Shown here: positions 11,559 through 24,602 of the stretch, in pieces | Layout of the letters: each line of letters begins with the position of its first letter | How positions within the stretch are numbered: position 1 is the first letter of the stretch | NCBI GenBank assembly: GCA_004022145.1 | Contig: RCNU01000017.1 | From: Paecilomyces variotii | Lineage: Eukaryota | Strand: one strand, 5' to 3' | DNA: 64,000 nucleotides | Notes under the pieces: generated by a model | Told to the model about the DNA's origin: nothing | Databases searched by the model: none | The model's input: only the letters and a program-made list of their open reading frames with translations | Position numbers and translations under genes: made by a program

Positions 11559-13351
11559 TTGAATGTGCTTACAAAGGCTTTTTTATGTTTTATGAAACAG
11601 TCCTCAACCAATCGAAGTATCTCAACGGAGACACAATAATGTTGCTTCATCTATAGGGATTACTCTTAAGATAGTTTGTTTTTCTCTCATGTAGTTATGC
11701 TGTTCCAAAGAACATTCTTATCTATAGATTCTTTATGGCACTATTTGCCTTGCACTTTCATGGTATAACCACCGTTAATCGACAGTAGGCCGGCCCCATG
11801 ACTAAACTTGTGGATACAGAGTACATAAACCAGTTGCCAACTTGGGCTGAATTCCAGTGATGTTGTGACTTACACGAGGGTTAAATACTGGCGTTCTTAA
11901 GCTGACTCCCCGCTGGGGTGTAGTTAGTATGTGCCCATGGGGCAATAAGAAACCATCGGGGTTAAGGAAGGCTTCTGTGCAGGTATTGATTGAAGGCGGC
12001 CTCTAGAAGCGGGTGGGCGAACAGGAAGAATAGCGAGAAAACGAGATAGGCATGGCCGAGCATGACGACCAGCTTCTCACGCGACAGAAGCACTTTCTTT
12101 GGCTGTACACTAATTTCTTTAGTGCGCTCTTGAGCAATATCCTCCGCAACAAAGTCCTCATACGGCAAATATCTCAACCCAGTAAGATATACTTATCATT
12201 TCCCGACGCATCTGCGCTACAGTAGATATTCCCCGGATTCCTCTTAGCATGGTCTATACTAGTGAGATCCTGCCCCTCTTTGCAACGTGGGTTGTCCCCT
12301 CCCGTTACACCTCTAGCAGCGCTTTTGATAGGATCATTTGAGATACCTAGAGCAGACTATGGGACCGTGAGTTGAACAAGTAGTAGCCAGATATGACAAC
12401 CTTTAATATTCCGCCAGAACCTGAAGTTTTGATACCACCTGAAGGAATGGCACAATTTCATCAGCTTCATTGTCTGGTACGCAGCCCTTGAAATACCACC
12501 TCATAATCTCTTTTTAGTCTGCGATGGTGGTGGCTAGAACTATACCCGCCAATTTACATGGCACGCAATGGGTAAATACACAGATGCAGTCCTACCACAA
12601 GAGCTTCATCTTGGACTTGCAATGTTGGGTACATTCTTTGTTTCCTCTTCGATAGGAACTGTCGTGCTTTTCGGGTTTGTGGGTTTCAGCTGGGCAGCTT
12701 CCGCCTGGATCCCGTATGCGTTTGTTGGTGCAGAAGTGTCATCTGGCTACTTTACAACACACGCCTATGAAGCTGTTACGATGAACGAAAGTCCAGTTGG
12801 TGACGGTGACGAGGAAAAGAGTCTAGAGGGTAATAGTATCCCGAACATCGGAGAATGCTTGGGGCTAGTATATGGCATCCATAACGTATCAATATGTCTG
12901 CCATAGATTCTGATGACCCTGGGCATGGCACTCGTGTGCCCCTGCTTTCTGGGAAGAGTGATGTAAGTACCACAAACCAAGGATCGGATCTTGTTTGGGT
13001 CTTGCGCGTTGGTGGCATATGTGTTTAGTAGCTACATATATTTCCACAGGGATCCAGAAGCCCTGGGGGCAGAATCTCTTCTAGAACCTGAATATGTATG
13101 AACATAGAACTGTTTTTAATTCTCAAATAGTGTTCATGAAATTCTCAGTCAAGTGTTGCCAAAGACATCAGTACTGCCATCATTTTCATCCAGCGTACAA
13201 TTAGTTGTAATCATTTTAGGTACTCGCAACTGTAATGTACAATGAAAGAATACGGTCCTGTATGACGAATTGATTGGGATGAGATGAGATATGCTATTTG
13301 ACATGTAAGGGCTAGCTAAACTATTTACACATGCACATTACCACACACCGT

Positions 13352-14698
13352 TTAGGCGGAAACGGGGAATTTCTGTCCCACAATCTCCTCACTCAACTTC
13401 CAAAGCTTCTCGGAATTCTCCTTGTTCTGTGCGTACTCCGCAGCGGTACCTATCTGGCAGTCATCCAGATACGCACCAGATTGGGCTAAGTCAACCGTTA
13501 GACACTCTTCAAGCTCCTATTTCATAATGTCATGTTTGGACTTACATTGAATGGAAGGATCGAGGGCAGCCACAAGAATCGTTGAAGCACCTTGGGGAAT
13601 GTTCTTCAGGTGCTGGAGGGGATCAAGATCGACGTCAGGCACTGTATGGTTCGATATAATTAGCATCGGACATGGGAATCATAGCTGAAAGTTCGTTTGA
13701 ATCGATCACTCTACTTACTCTGCTTAATCCTCTCTAGAGCCTGTGCGACAAAGCCCGTATCAGACTCGTGGCGCGCAAGCCGTGTTTCCAAAATTCCTGA
13801 AGCTCTCGATTAGCCTCAAACTGCCCATGGAACCAACAGAATTTGTAATCATGACTTACCTCCGGGGTGCACAGAAAAGGTTGCGATATCCTTAGACGGG
13901 ATTCTATCCGCGAGGTATCTCGCCATCAAGATATTTGCTGTCTTTGACTGGCCATATGCGTCAACTGTGTCATATTTGGTACCAGCCTATTCACAGTCAT
14001 ATTAGCCAGTGAGTATATAACATCGTACTGAATATGTCAAAAGAAATACTGACCGAAAACCCAAGATTATCGAACTGGACTCCGCTCAACCGATGGCCAA
14101 AGCTGGTGACATTGACGATCCTTGCGCCTGGTGCTGCCTTCCGCACTTTCTCGAAGATGATGCTGGTAAATAGGAAGTGACCAAGGTGATTGACTGAGAA
14201 CTGCAGTTCCAGTGGTTTTCCGTCCTTGTCTTTGTAGGCAGTCTGGGTATAGGGAGTGCCCATGACACCGGCGCAGTTGATCACAACATCAATCTTTGCG
14301 ATCTCCGGGTTGTTGAGGATCTCCTCCGCGGCACGACGGGTCGAAGAGGGATCACTAAGGTCCAGCGGGACGTAGTACACCTTCACATTCTTGTTGATTT
14401 CCTTTATCTCATCGATGACTGGGCCGATTGTATTGATAGAACGGCCGGGAAGGATGAGCTGCGCGGGAGAAGCGTCTCGTGCAAGGGCAATAGCTGTCTC
14501 TCCTCCAAGAGATTGTGTGCCAGCACCAGTTATGAGAACTATACCGTCAATACAATTAGTCGACACCTCCTATCCGCAGAGCTGGAAGCAGTAGGGAGGC
14601 AGAATATACGCACAAGTACGGCCCTTGACATTGTCTGCGTAAGCCTTGACCACTTCACTGCTGGTCGTTGTGCTGGTGAAATCCTTTCTGATCGACAT
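13352..14698 (-). CDS. Short-chain dehydrogenase/reductase (retinol dehydrogenase/WWOX-like), multi-exon
   Basis: Starts MSIRKDF. After the first intron come FLITGAGTQSLG, NCAG, VNHLGHFL and IVNVTS; later exons give YGQSKTANIL (YxxxK), HPG and GAYLDDCQ. Ends GQKFPVSA* (stop 13352-13354). Confidence 0.9.
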
Positions 14699-16440
14699 AT
14701 TGAACGAGATGGTCAAATTGTTCTGAAGATAGATGAAGTGAAAAGATAGATGAAGTGAAATGAATTCCTGAGTACTAGTTCTTGTTTCTCTTGTTTCTCT
14801 TGTTGCTCTGTACGTAAATTGGAGTCGTGGGATCTTCTTCATTTATATCTTCGTGAGCTAGCTATATGTGCCCGATGGCAAAGGCGATAACCACGGATTA
14901 ATCGATCCGCCATATTCTATCAGAGGCATCAATGTTCCACACTGTGATGCTGAATGTAGAAACGTACGTACAAACTCGGTTGAGCAGACGTTTATCTCCG
15001 AGGATGGATCTACAATATCTGGTTCCACTAATGAATAGAAATTCTGTCAGCATGCAGAAGTCTCAGATCCGACAGGGCCTTAAATCCGATATCGTGCATT
15101 AGCGTCCGCCTACCCGCTCCCAGAGCCGCACATCATTGGAGGTTGCGGAATTAAGCATTGGTCTAAAGTGGGACCTGCATGAGCAAGCCGTCGGTTCAAA
15201 TTTGTCCGCTCCGTCGTCCTGGGATCGGACGAAAAGTCTTCTATGAGCATCTACCAGTCGAAGTCTTAGTGCTATGATTTCCTTCTCCATGTCCGGGATC
15301 AATATTCTATACCTTTCTTCGATTATCTGTTATCCCTTGTCCTGTACCATGCGAGAAATTCGGAGGATCTCACCAAGAATGCTCCTTAATCCAACGTAGA
15401 AGTCATCCAATCATCCAAAGTTACAATCTATTGAGGAAATATCATCTTCTCTGTAGACATCATCCATTTGCCTCAAGGCGGACAAAGGACCGGATGAAAT
15501 GTGAAATGCGCCCTGACCTCTTGTCGGCTTGCGCCACACTGTTAGGAATCATTAGCCACATGAGAAAACGAATCTGGATTCTGGAATAACACGTGAAGCC
15601 GAAGAAGGATCAACTCCGAGGACCAAGAATAGGTTATCTTAACATTTTTAGCCACAATCCAAAGGATTATTCCGACGGCAAAGGATTATGCCGCTGCTCC
15701 GCACTACCCAAAAGAAACCAGACTCGCAGGAACGCCAAATAACCCCGTGCTGGGGCAGCTTTTTCTGGGGTTTGGCTAGCTTGTAATAATATATGGCAGT
15801 TGGATAAACAGTATGTGGAACTATATATCATCATGTACATCTCCGTTGGACTTTCTTTGGCGAGAGCTGTGATCTCAACGCTATCTTCGACCAGCGATCG
15901 GATTCGATTTCTTCAACGACATACATCTCTCCACGAACAAGTTGAATAAAATTCAAACTGGTCCCAATCATGCTGGAGATATGTGATACTTTGCTCTTCA
16001 AAGTAATGTACCCTAATTCGCAGCCGAGCACGCCATCAAGGCTCCGTATGTAGTTTACGAGGTAATTGAACAATGTATGTACTGTACTGTACATATGTCC
16101 GCGCCTCGATCGTCACCCGAAGTTTTATTTTTTCGAATCTATATACATGTGCCTTTCTGTCAACTGTAATGAGACTAGGTCGTTGATTTTCCCGTTCGAA
16201 ATAAGCTGCACGTTAGGTGCGAATGGCTCCGCTAACCCCTGGTTAATTAATGTCTAAAAAAATGAACGTCATATAGGCACCGTAAAGCCATTTGAAATAT
16301 AAAACTCAAAGAAAAGAATTTTCGCCATGGGAGACTTCGAAGCCACTATGAATGCCATCCCAGTGCTTGAAAGAGACAAAGTCCGGCGAATTTTGCTTCC
16401 CGGGGTCGATTATTAGGGAGCTCGGATGGGGTGCTACCTT

Positions 16441-19219
16441 TTAAGGAGGCAACAACGGATCCAGCTGACTGTAATAAGAGTAGAGTTCTGAAACTCCAGA
16501 GTCTGGAGCGAACCCAAGGTTCTGCATGAACTCAGGCTGATTATCGGTCCTGCTACTAGAATAAGTAAATGCGTGATCTCTACTGATTAAGGTAAACTTA
16601 CTTATCACCACCGTCTAATGAAGCCAATTCGTCAAACAGGGTGTCCAAGTCCGGGGCTATCCTAGACTTTTGTGCTGGACCGTAGCCATCGATATCTAGT
16701 ACTGGTCCTAGAGACGGGTCGGTGCCGGTATTCGTTTGATGATACGGTCCTCGTGCAGGCTGTAGTGCCGAAGAAAATTCAGGCAACATGGGAGGATCTA
16801 CCTTTGCGGTAATCCCGGCAGTATTACGATCGACATCATCATTTGGAATAATAATACTGCCTCGGTGTATATCAGGTGAAGACTCAAATGTTTCATCGGG
16901 GACAGCCAAGCTGGGGGATTGTTGTGGCACCGCACTCATGGTGACATCTGATAGCGTCCTTGTCCACGACGGAGCTACCGTTGCATCAAAGCTGAGATCA
17001 GAAGGCCGTGCAATTTCCGCTATATCTCTTCGGCTGTTCATATCGTTTGAATGATATCGCTTATGAGATGATAACGTAGTCCTATCCGAGACCGCACTGG
17101 GTGATGAACGACTGGCATCGCCAATGGGCCTTAGGGCAATATCCGCAACAGAAGCTACCTCTAGCAGAGGAGTGACAGTTGCTGCCCAGACACGGCTTAT
17201 CTGAGAAGATAAGGACCGAAATACTGGTAAAAGATCCGGACTAACACTGAGGATAGGAGAAGGCGTCTCCCGGCTCCACGGTTCCCATCCAGTTAACTTC
17301 AAAAATATTTCGAAGATAGGCATAGTTGCAGATACGCCATAGGCGCTTATGTATGCCTCCATCAGCCGAGCCACTCTTCTCGCACTGTCAACTAGACGGA
17401 TTCTGAATGCTTGTACAAGGGAAACTGGTCCCTTTTGGAGAGCTTCAATGTATAGTGCCGTGACTATGCTTTGATAAGCTATGTGAAGGCACAGCAGGTG
17501 CGGTGGGAGTTGATAAGACGAATCTGCTTGAGGCTGCACATGATATTTTGCAGGGAGATCAGCCAGCCAGCGCTGCAGGTCATGCACAATGAGCTCCAAT
17601 TGCGCGAGTGTTGTTAGTTTATCTCGCTTTCGACGACATAGATCGTTCAGAATACATAGAAGCGAGATGAGATGATTGAATGTGCTTAGGGCGTGGAGAG
17701 GTTCACGACGAGGCAACTCGGAGGATGTTCGTTCAGGGCGTATGGTGCTCATATCTTCCCACGGATGCCATTCTTCCAAGCCATCTTCATCGAGTGGTCC
17801 AACTGCCATTGCTTCGTTTCTACTCAAGTACGGAAGATTGCCAGTCTGGCTTGCAACAAGTGTCTCCAGAGCAAAACAAGCTAGAAAAATGTGTTTTCGC
17901 CTGCCGTTTGCTTTTCCATCAGAGACATCTCTCGGACTGGATAATGAGGGCTGGTCTAGTCTGAGATACAGAGAGATTCTGACCGCATGACCGATGAGGG
18001 TCCACGCAGCATGCCACTTGCGTTGTCCAAGCTTAACCAACGAAAGGAGTAATAAGGCCTGAATATGCCCTAGCCCGTAGTTTTCGCTCTCCTGGGGTAT
18101 CAAATTTCTGGATATTGCATAAATTCTTTCCGACTGAAGTCGATCAAAGTGAGGTGAAGGTATCCGTTGCGAGGATGCAGACGATTCATTTTGTACAGAC
18201 GCCAGCGCCATCGCAGCCCACATGGCTGCGTGTTCCCCGGAGTCTGGAGAAGAGCTTGAAATATTCATAGGACGGTCACTATAGGAAAACGCGGCTCTAA
18301 GCATATCGTGCTTTTCGATTATAGGAAACCAACATTGCGTGTAGGAGAAGTATATGTCAAACAGCTGCCAAGCATTCGAAGGAAGGTGAAGACCCGACGA
18401 AGCCACTGAATCGGTTATCGTTAAATGGGCGGGATTATGCGGTCTAGCAAGCGAAGAAGTAAATATATTTGATTCCGCTGGCAGTTCTGGCAGATCCGTT
18501 TGTGTTCCACATTGTCGTGATGATTCTTGTCGTGATGATTGAATCGACGGTTTGGGTTTAATAGGTCGCTTTGGCTCTTCTCCAGGAGAGACAGGAGCGT
18601 CACCCATGGACGCAAACTTATCCGGGACATTCCATACAAGAGTATGAGACTGAAGCGAGTCTTGTTCGGAGAGAGGTGCGTTCGAAGAATCCCCCACACT
18701 TGTTGTTCCGGCATCATCTTCATGCTGTTCTAAGACAGAAAGCAACTTCTCAATCTCTTTAAGAACGACACTGTTTTTCCACGTAGCATGAGGGGTATCA
18801 GCAGCTTCTCCTTCCTTTCCAATTGCCGCTAGATGTCGCAGTATGTTTGCCTTCCTCAAAAGTACTCTGACGACTTCTTCACTTCCCTCGATCTCGGAGA
18901 AAGCAAGGCCCCATAGCAACTCGAGCGTGCGGATGTATCCTGTCGGCAGTCCACGCTTCTTGGGATTCGTCCTGTAGGTACATGGTCTACGCAAGGAGAC
19001 ACACGTGGAGCATTCTGGCTGTGCACCGTCGCATTTGTCTTTCTTGCTGCGACATTGATCACAGGCTCGAGATACTCGCTGTCGCTTTTGCGGGGTGCCG
19101 TCCAGTTCACCTTCCTGCTTTCCTTTATTTTCAGTATCGACCCGTCTTCGTTTCGATCTACCGGTCCCTTCAGAAGTCCCGCGTGCACCGTTCACCCGTG
19201 ATTGCTCTCCAGCTGGCAT
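16441..19219 (-). CDS. qutA: Quinate utilisation activator, Zn(II)2Cys6 transcription factor (QutA/QA-1F); exons 19219-16602 and 16549-16441
   Basis: KRQRVSRACDQCRSKKDKCDGAQPECSTC..LRRPCTY..NPKKRGLPTGYIRTLELLWGL closely matches A. nidulans QutA as I recall it. It has a fungal TF middle homology region. A 52-nt GTAAGT...CAG intron (16601-16550) adds the C-terminal TDNQPEFMQNLGF motif. Confidence 0.92.
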
Positions 19220-19930
19220 AATTCAGGTTGCAGTCGGTAGGCATGCAATAATGAAGAACGTATTTCCGGCCAAGGCTCGTTGGAGATCAACCTCCTTAGT
19301 CCACTCCACCGTACAACAAAGAAGAGAAGATCACAATACCAAGAAGTAATACCCGCACATAACGCCGTATTTTCTTTTGCACTGGTGTGGGGGATCGAGT
19401 TCTCTCTGAACACGCGGGGATTCCGCGAACCCCAGACGCCGTTGAGACTGGAGCGATGCGGAGGCGGAAATGACTCGGGGTAAAGGCACACCAGTTGACC
19501 CGGACTAATGCGACTGCAGGCAATTCATGAATGCAATAATAATAATATTCTTCTCAAAACCGCAACGCCTTGCCAACGACAGAACGGTAGAAGTCCAGCG
19601 GGATTCTGCTTTCGCAGGACAGGCAGTCGGAAGCCCTCGGCTAAGCGTAACTCCGTGCTTCCCCCGCAGTCCGTGCGTGAACGAGCTGGGGAAACGAGAA
19701 GTGCGTTGATAATACCCCAAATCGCCTGTCTGGCACCACGCATAGCCCGTGTATTCGTCTGGCCGGCTTATGGAACATCTCCTGGATACTCTTCCCTTGA
19801 GCCGACGGTAGCATCCGAAAACGGCTGTCTACACTGGACACGCGCTGTTCGAGAGTCCGCCAAACGACCGAAATGCCTTGAATCGCAACTGACACCACTA
19901 CATCCTCCGTCTCCAACGCCGTACCTCACC
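19220..19930. promoter_or_regulatory. Bidirectional qutA/qutR promoter region
   Basis: ~710 bp between divergent start codons, containing several CGG/CCG triplets (e.g. CGGCTAAGCGTAACTCCG, 19638-19655). Confidence 0.6.
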
Positions 19931-22776
19931 ATGTCAACCGTCGTTAGGGGCACGAAACGGAAGCTGGAGGATACGAGCGAACCTCCAGTTCGTCACATAC
20001 ACTCCTCCCCTCGAGCCATTCAGGACGAACATGTCGTGGGTTATGATGCGCGAAACAACGGTACAAGACCAAGGACCGCAGGCGCCCAAGTCATCGCAAT
20101 CAGTGATAAGCCTCAGCCAAATGCTGCGCATGCTCCAGACCGCCTTATCTCAATGAGCTCCTCTTCAGCGCCTGTCAAGGCCCCCATACAGACGTCCAGG
20201 GTCTTTGGAAAAGATGCATCTATCGTATTGATCGGTATCCGAGGAACTGGGAAGTCGAGTCTCGCTGTGATATTGTCCACAGCAACTGGAAGACGCCTGG
20301 TTGATGCGGATCGATATTTCCAGCAAGTGACAGGGCTCTCCCGTGCAGCCTTCAAGAAGGAACGCGATGTAGCGGACTATCGTCAACAAGAATCCAAGGT
20401 TATGGCGCAGATGCTCGCAGAACATCGAGAAGGCTGTGTGATCGTGTGTGGAGCAGCATCAGTGGAGCGCGGGGGACAGAAGCTGTTGGAGGAATATGCG
20501 AAGACAAACCCAGTCATTCACGTACTCCGTGACGCTGTCAGCATTCAAAAGTGCCTTAAGGCATGGGACACAGACAAGGTCAGCCGCTTTCTAGAAATCT
20601 CAGGACCGCTTTACCGGGCATGTTCGAACCTAGAGTTCTTCAATGTCTCAGAGACTGGATCTGAACCCCAGGATTCGCGTACTGGCACAGATGAAACATC
20701 CGAATCAGAATCGGATCAACGGCCGCCTCCTTTCTTGACCTTGAAAAAGCTGGAGCAGGACTTTCTCCGTTTTGTAGCGTTTACAACGGGAAATACCGCA
20801 GATCTCAGGAAGTTACAAGCTGGTTTTCCGTTGTCATTGTTGCCAGTCGAATCAAGGTCATACACGTATGCTGTTTCAGTACCATTGTCCGGGCTTTTGA
20901 ACAGAAATATGGATATCGAGGAATTAGAGGCAACCACCGACGCGTTTGAGATAGTGATTGACCTCTCGGAAGGCGCTTCTGATGATCACGGATTATCATC
21001 TATACTTGCACACAAGATCAGCCAGACCATGGCAACTGTCCGACGGAATATCATTGTGCCCATCATCTATCACGTTCAATCTGTACAAAGCGCGAATGTT
21101 GCGACTGCTGCAAAGCCGAAATTGCCTGATCAAGCTTATTCGAATCTGGTGGAGCACGGCCTCAGACTCGCCCCTCAATTCCTGACAGTGGACTTGTCAT
21201 ACGATGATTCTATCCTGACCCGGATCATCTCTGCCAAAGGTTTTACCAAAATCATCGGTCATTTCTCTTCAGACGGAACGCAAATTCGAGACTGGGATGG
21301 GGATGAATACATGAAGATCTATGAACGCGCTGCCAGGATAGGCTGCGACCTTGTCAGAATATCGCAACCCGCACTGAGAATGGAGGATAACTTTGCAGTT
21401 CAGAGGTTCCGCCACCGCATCTCATTACTCCCCGAACCACATCCACCTATAATTGCGTACAATACCGGCGCCCTAGGGCGTCTGTCTTGCTGCTTCAACC
21501 CAACCCTAACACCTGTGACCCACGCTTCTCTGATATCGCCAGATAATATACGGAACTCTCCGTCCATTATGGCGCGCGATGCCCAACAGGCCCTCTTCAC
21601 ATCATTCGTCCTCGATCCGATGCGCTTCTACGTTTTCGGTGCCAACGTGGAGTTCAGTCTATCTCCAACGATGCACAATGCAGCTTACAAAGAGTGCGGC
21701 ATGCCGCATCACTGCAAAGTGCACCAGGCCGACTCCCTACGAAACCTGAACGAGCTCGTCGAAGACCACAATTTCGGAGGCGCGAGTATCAGCTTACCTT
21801 ACAAGACTGAAGCCATCCCACTACTACACTCAATGTCGCCTCACGCTCGTGCTATTGGTGCCATCAACACCATACTCCCTATCAGAACCATCCGGGAAGA
21901 CGGCAGCATCGCGCAAGAGTCCGATCTCTACATGGAAATGAACAGAGCAGGCCCCGTCAGAGCCCTACATGGAGATAACACCGACTGGATAGGAATCCGC
22001 AATTGCATCCGTCGCGGCCTATCTCCCGCAAATGCAGTCCGACCAACCACGACCGGACTCGTGATCGGGGCAGGCGGAATGGCACGCGCAGCTATCTATT
22101 CTCTCATCCATCTCGGCGTCGAGAATATCTTCTTATACAACCGCACGATCGCCAATGCCCAGAAACTCGCCCATCATTACAATAAACAGGACATCAAACG
22201 GACAGGTACAGTGATGCAGAACGTCAAAGTGACCGTTCACATCATCGAGTCTCTCAATGATCCCTGGCCAGCAAACTATAAACAACCAACCATCATCGTC
22301 TGCAGTATACCCGCGCACAGTATGGGAGATCAACCAGCTCCGAACTTCACAATGCCTGAACACTGGCTCGAAAGCCCCACAGGCGGCGTATTGGTAGAGG
22401 TAAAGTTAACCCCCCTTCTTCAAATCTACCCTTCCTTCCCATTTAAACTCTGTCTAGTCTTATCTTCTCATGATAAAAAAGAAAAAGAAAACAATACTAA
22501 CAAAACCTCCCACAAAAACAGCTAGCATACAGACCCCTCAATACCCCTCTCCAGAAACAGATGCGCGCCCTCTCCCACCGCGGCTGGATCGCTCTCGATG
22601 GTCTGGACGTCCTTCCGGAACATGGCTTCGCGCAATTCGAACTATTCACAGGCCGTCGTGCTCCTCGACGACTAATGAGGACTATCGTTCTAAAAGAATA
22701 TCGCGGCGACGAAGCACAACATGGTCCACGCTCCATACGGTGGAGACTCGAAGAGATCACTGGGCAGTCGACGTAG
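19931..22776 (+). CDS. qutR: Quinate repressor (QutR/QA-1S), derived from the three C-terminal AROM domains; exons 19931-22399 and 22522-22776
   Basis: Contains a shikimate-kinase-like P-loop (GIRGTGKS), a type I dehydroquinase-like domain and shikimate-dehydrogenase-like motifs (SLSPTMHN, GAINT, DNTDWIG, GAGGMARA, NRT). Intron GTAAAG...CTAAC...CAG (22400-22521) restores LAYRPLNTPL. Divergent from qutA. The start ATG at 19931 is inferred. Confidence 0.92.
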
Positions 22777-23322
22777 ACAAGGGCCCATTGGTACGTGTCT
22801 TTGCTTATTTGATGTAAACCCAATCGGGTCAGTTTTTGGTGGTCTCTTTTTTATTCCCGGCGTTCATAATATGTGGGAATCATTCTTGCTGGTTGTATTG
22901 TAGTGTGGATTGTGGTGTGAGAAGGTTGGGCTTATGTATAATCCACCAGACCCTAGTGGATCCTTTACTCCACGAGATATAACAAACAAATAACATGAGG
23001 GAAATACTCATTCCACTTATACTCGGAAAAGTCTCTAGAAACATCAGATTTGACGTTTGCAGGAAATGACACTACATTCGAAGCACCCACACCATTAAGT
23101 ATGGAGTCTACGAGTAGCATGTGGTCCGAGTTCTGAATAAGTATTTGATTCTTTGCTATCAGTACAGTGGAACTAAGCAGGTATTAACGAAAGAATAAGG
23201 TTCTTGCGTGATTACATTGAACAGGATTCAATCGGAACCACCGTAGGAAATCCATCACGGCAGTGCAATGTGTCTTCGAAGATACCAATTCAGGTCGCAT
23301 ATCAACAATGAATGTCATCTTT

Positions 23323-24175
23323 CTACAGCATGAACGCAACGATCGTTGCCAACATCACACTTGTTGAGAATTCCACAGCGTGGGTCGGAGCGGCGCTGAG
23401 AAAGGACATTGGTGAAGTTATAGAAGCAGTCGGAGGTTTAGGTGTCTCAGTGATTGCCTCGGCAGCAATTGGAAGGATCCTGGTCGTGCTATCAGATGCT
23501 CCTCTCGCAGTCGTATACGTCGGTTTTTCCTCAGCATCAGGGACGGTGGTGTGCTTGTGACGAACCTCCCTAAAGTTTCCGCAATTGAGCCGGGTGCCAT
23601 TCGCAGTATGAAGGACGATGGACCGGTTCCCAAAGTATGCAGGATTCGCGGGACTGGTCGATAGAAAGAAGTCCGTGTACTTGACCACGAATGCCTCGCC
23701 AGGAGCGATCCAGATAGGACCGTGCTTTCCACTTAGATCTCCCACCTGGCAACTTTCAGGTGCATCGATATCGCACGGTGGAGTCTCGCCCCGTTTGTAG
23801 GGGTCAAGGTGAGGGCCGGCAGCAGCGCAATCTCCATTTGCTGGGATGGGTGCTTCGTGGATATGATATTCTAACAGAGTGATGAGTAATAACTAAACCA
23901 ATCATTCAAAGGGGAGACGAACGGTAAGGGCCCTCATCTGGGAAACCCCAGAAATTGGCACGGATCTCGACCCCAACGCCATCCTTAGATGGAGTACCAA
24001 TGAGCCATCCACGTACTTTCGTCGATGTCTTGTACAGCAAGGAGACCTCGTAGTAGACGTCGGTAGGGTTACCTCTCACAATAGGGGCTTCGTGGCGTGT
24101 TGTATTGATCTTGAGACCAACAACATTGAGGGCAGCACCCAGAATCAAGGTGCTTATAAGGGCGAGATGCATCAT
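23323..24175 (-). CDS. Secreted/GPI-anchored Cu-only superoxide dismutase (SOD4/5/6-like); exons 24175-23923 and 23870-23323
   Basis: Signal peptide; YHIHE, C..AGPHLDPY, CQVGDLSGKHG, RSIVLH and RLNCGNF motifs; Ser/Thr/Ala-rich stalk; hydrophobic C-terminus. Intron 23922-23871 (GTTCGT...TAG). Confidence 0.85.
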
Positions 24176-24602
24176 GACCGATGGGAGAATCCTAGCTGTT
24201 CACTTTAGTTGTATTCAGAGTAGATAGAATCAGTATGCGTACCCTTGAGATAATTACTGCTGGCTATGGCGATGCAGATGCGGAGTAATGGGCTAATAGA
24301 GAGCCTACTGTAGAAGTTGAAAGAAGACAGAATGTTTTGGCTGAGAAGAACTATTTGGAGGAGAGTCTCTCAGATGTTTACTTCTTTTGCCCTTTCCCTT
24401 CATCGTATGTGACATGCATAGGAGGAAGGACCGAAACTGAACTCCAAGGCAGGAAGCAGCACGTCGAACTATGACGGTACTTCAGCTGAGGGGGTTCACG
24501 CATTAGAATAAACAAACTTGGTAAGAAAAGAGGTTGGTTAGGAAGACCTCGCGGTCCGTGAGGATTGACGCTCCTGCTCTACAGCCCGGAAAGAGAGCTG
24601 TG

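Noticed and set aside
11391-11639. 82-aa ORF
   Set aside because: Runs antisense across the tRNA-Gly gene and has no protein features.
19508-19930. 141-codon in-frame upstream extension of the qutR ORF
   Set aside because: It reads like translated promoter/UTR sequence and would consume most of the bidirectional promoter. The ATG at 19931 has a good context (CACCATG). Not formally excluded.
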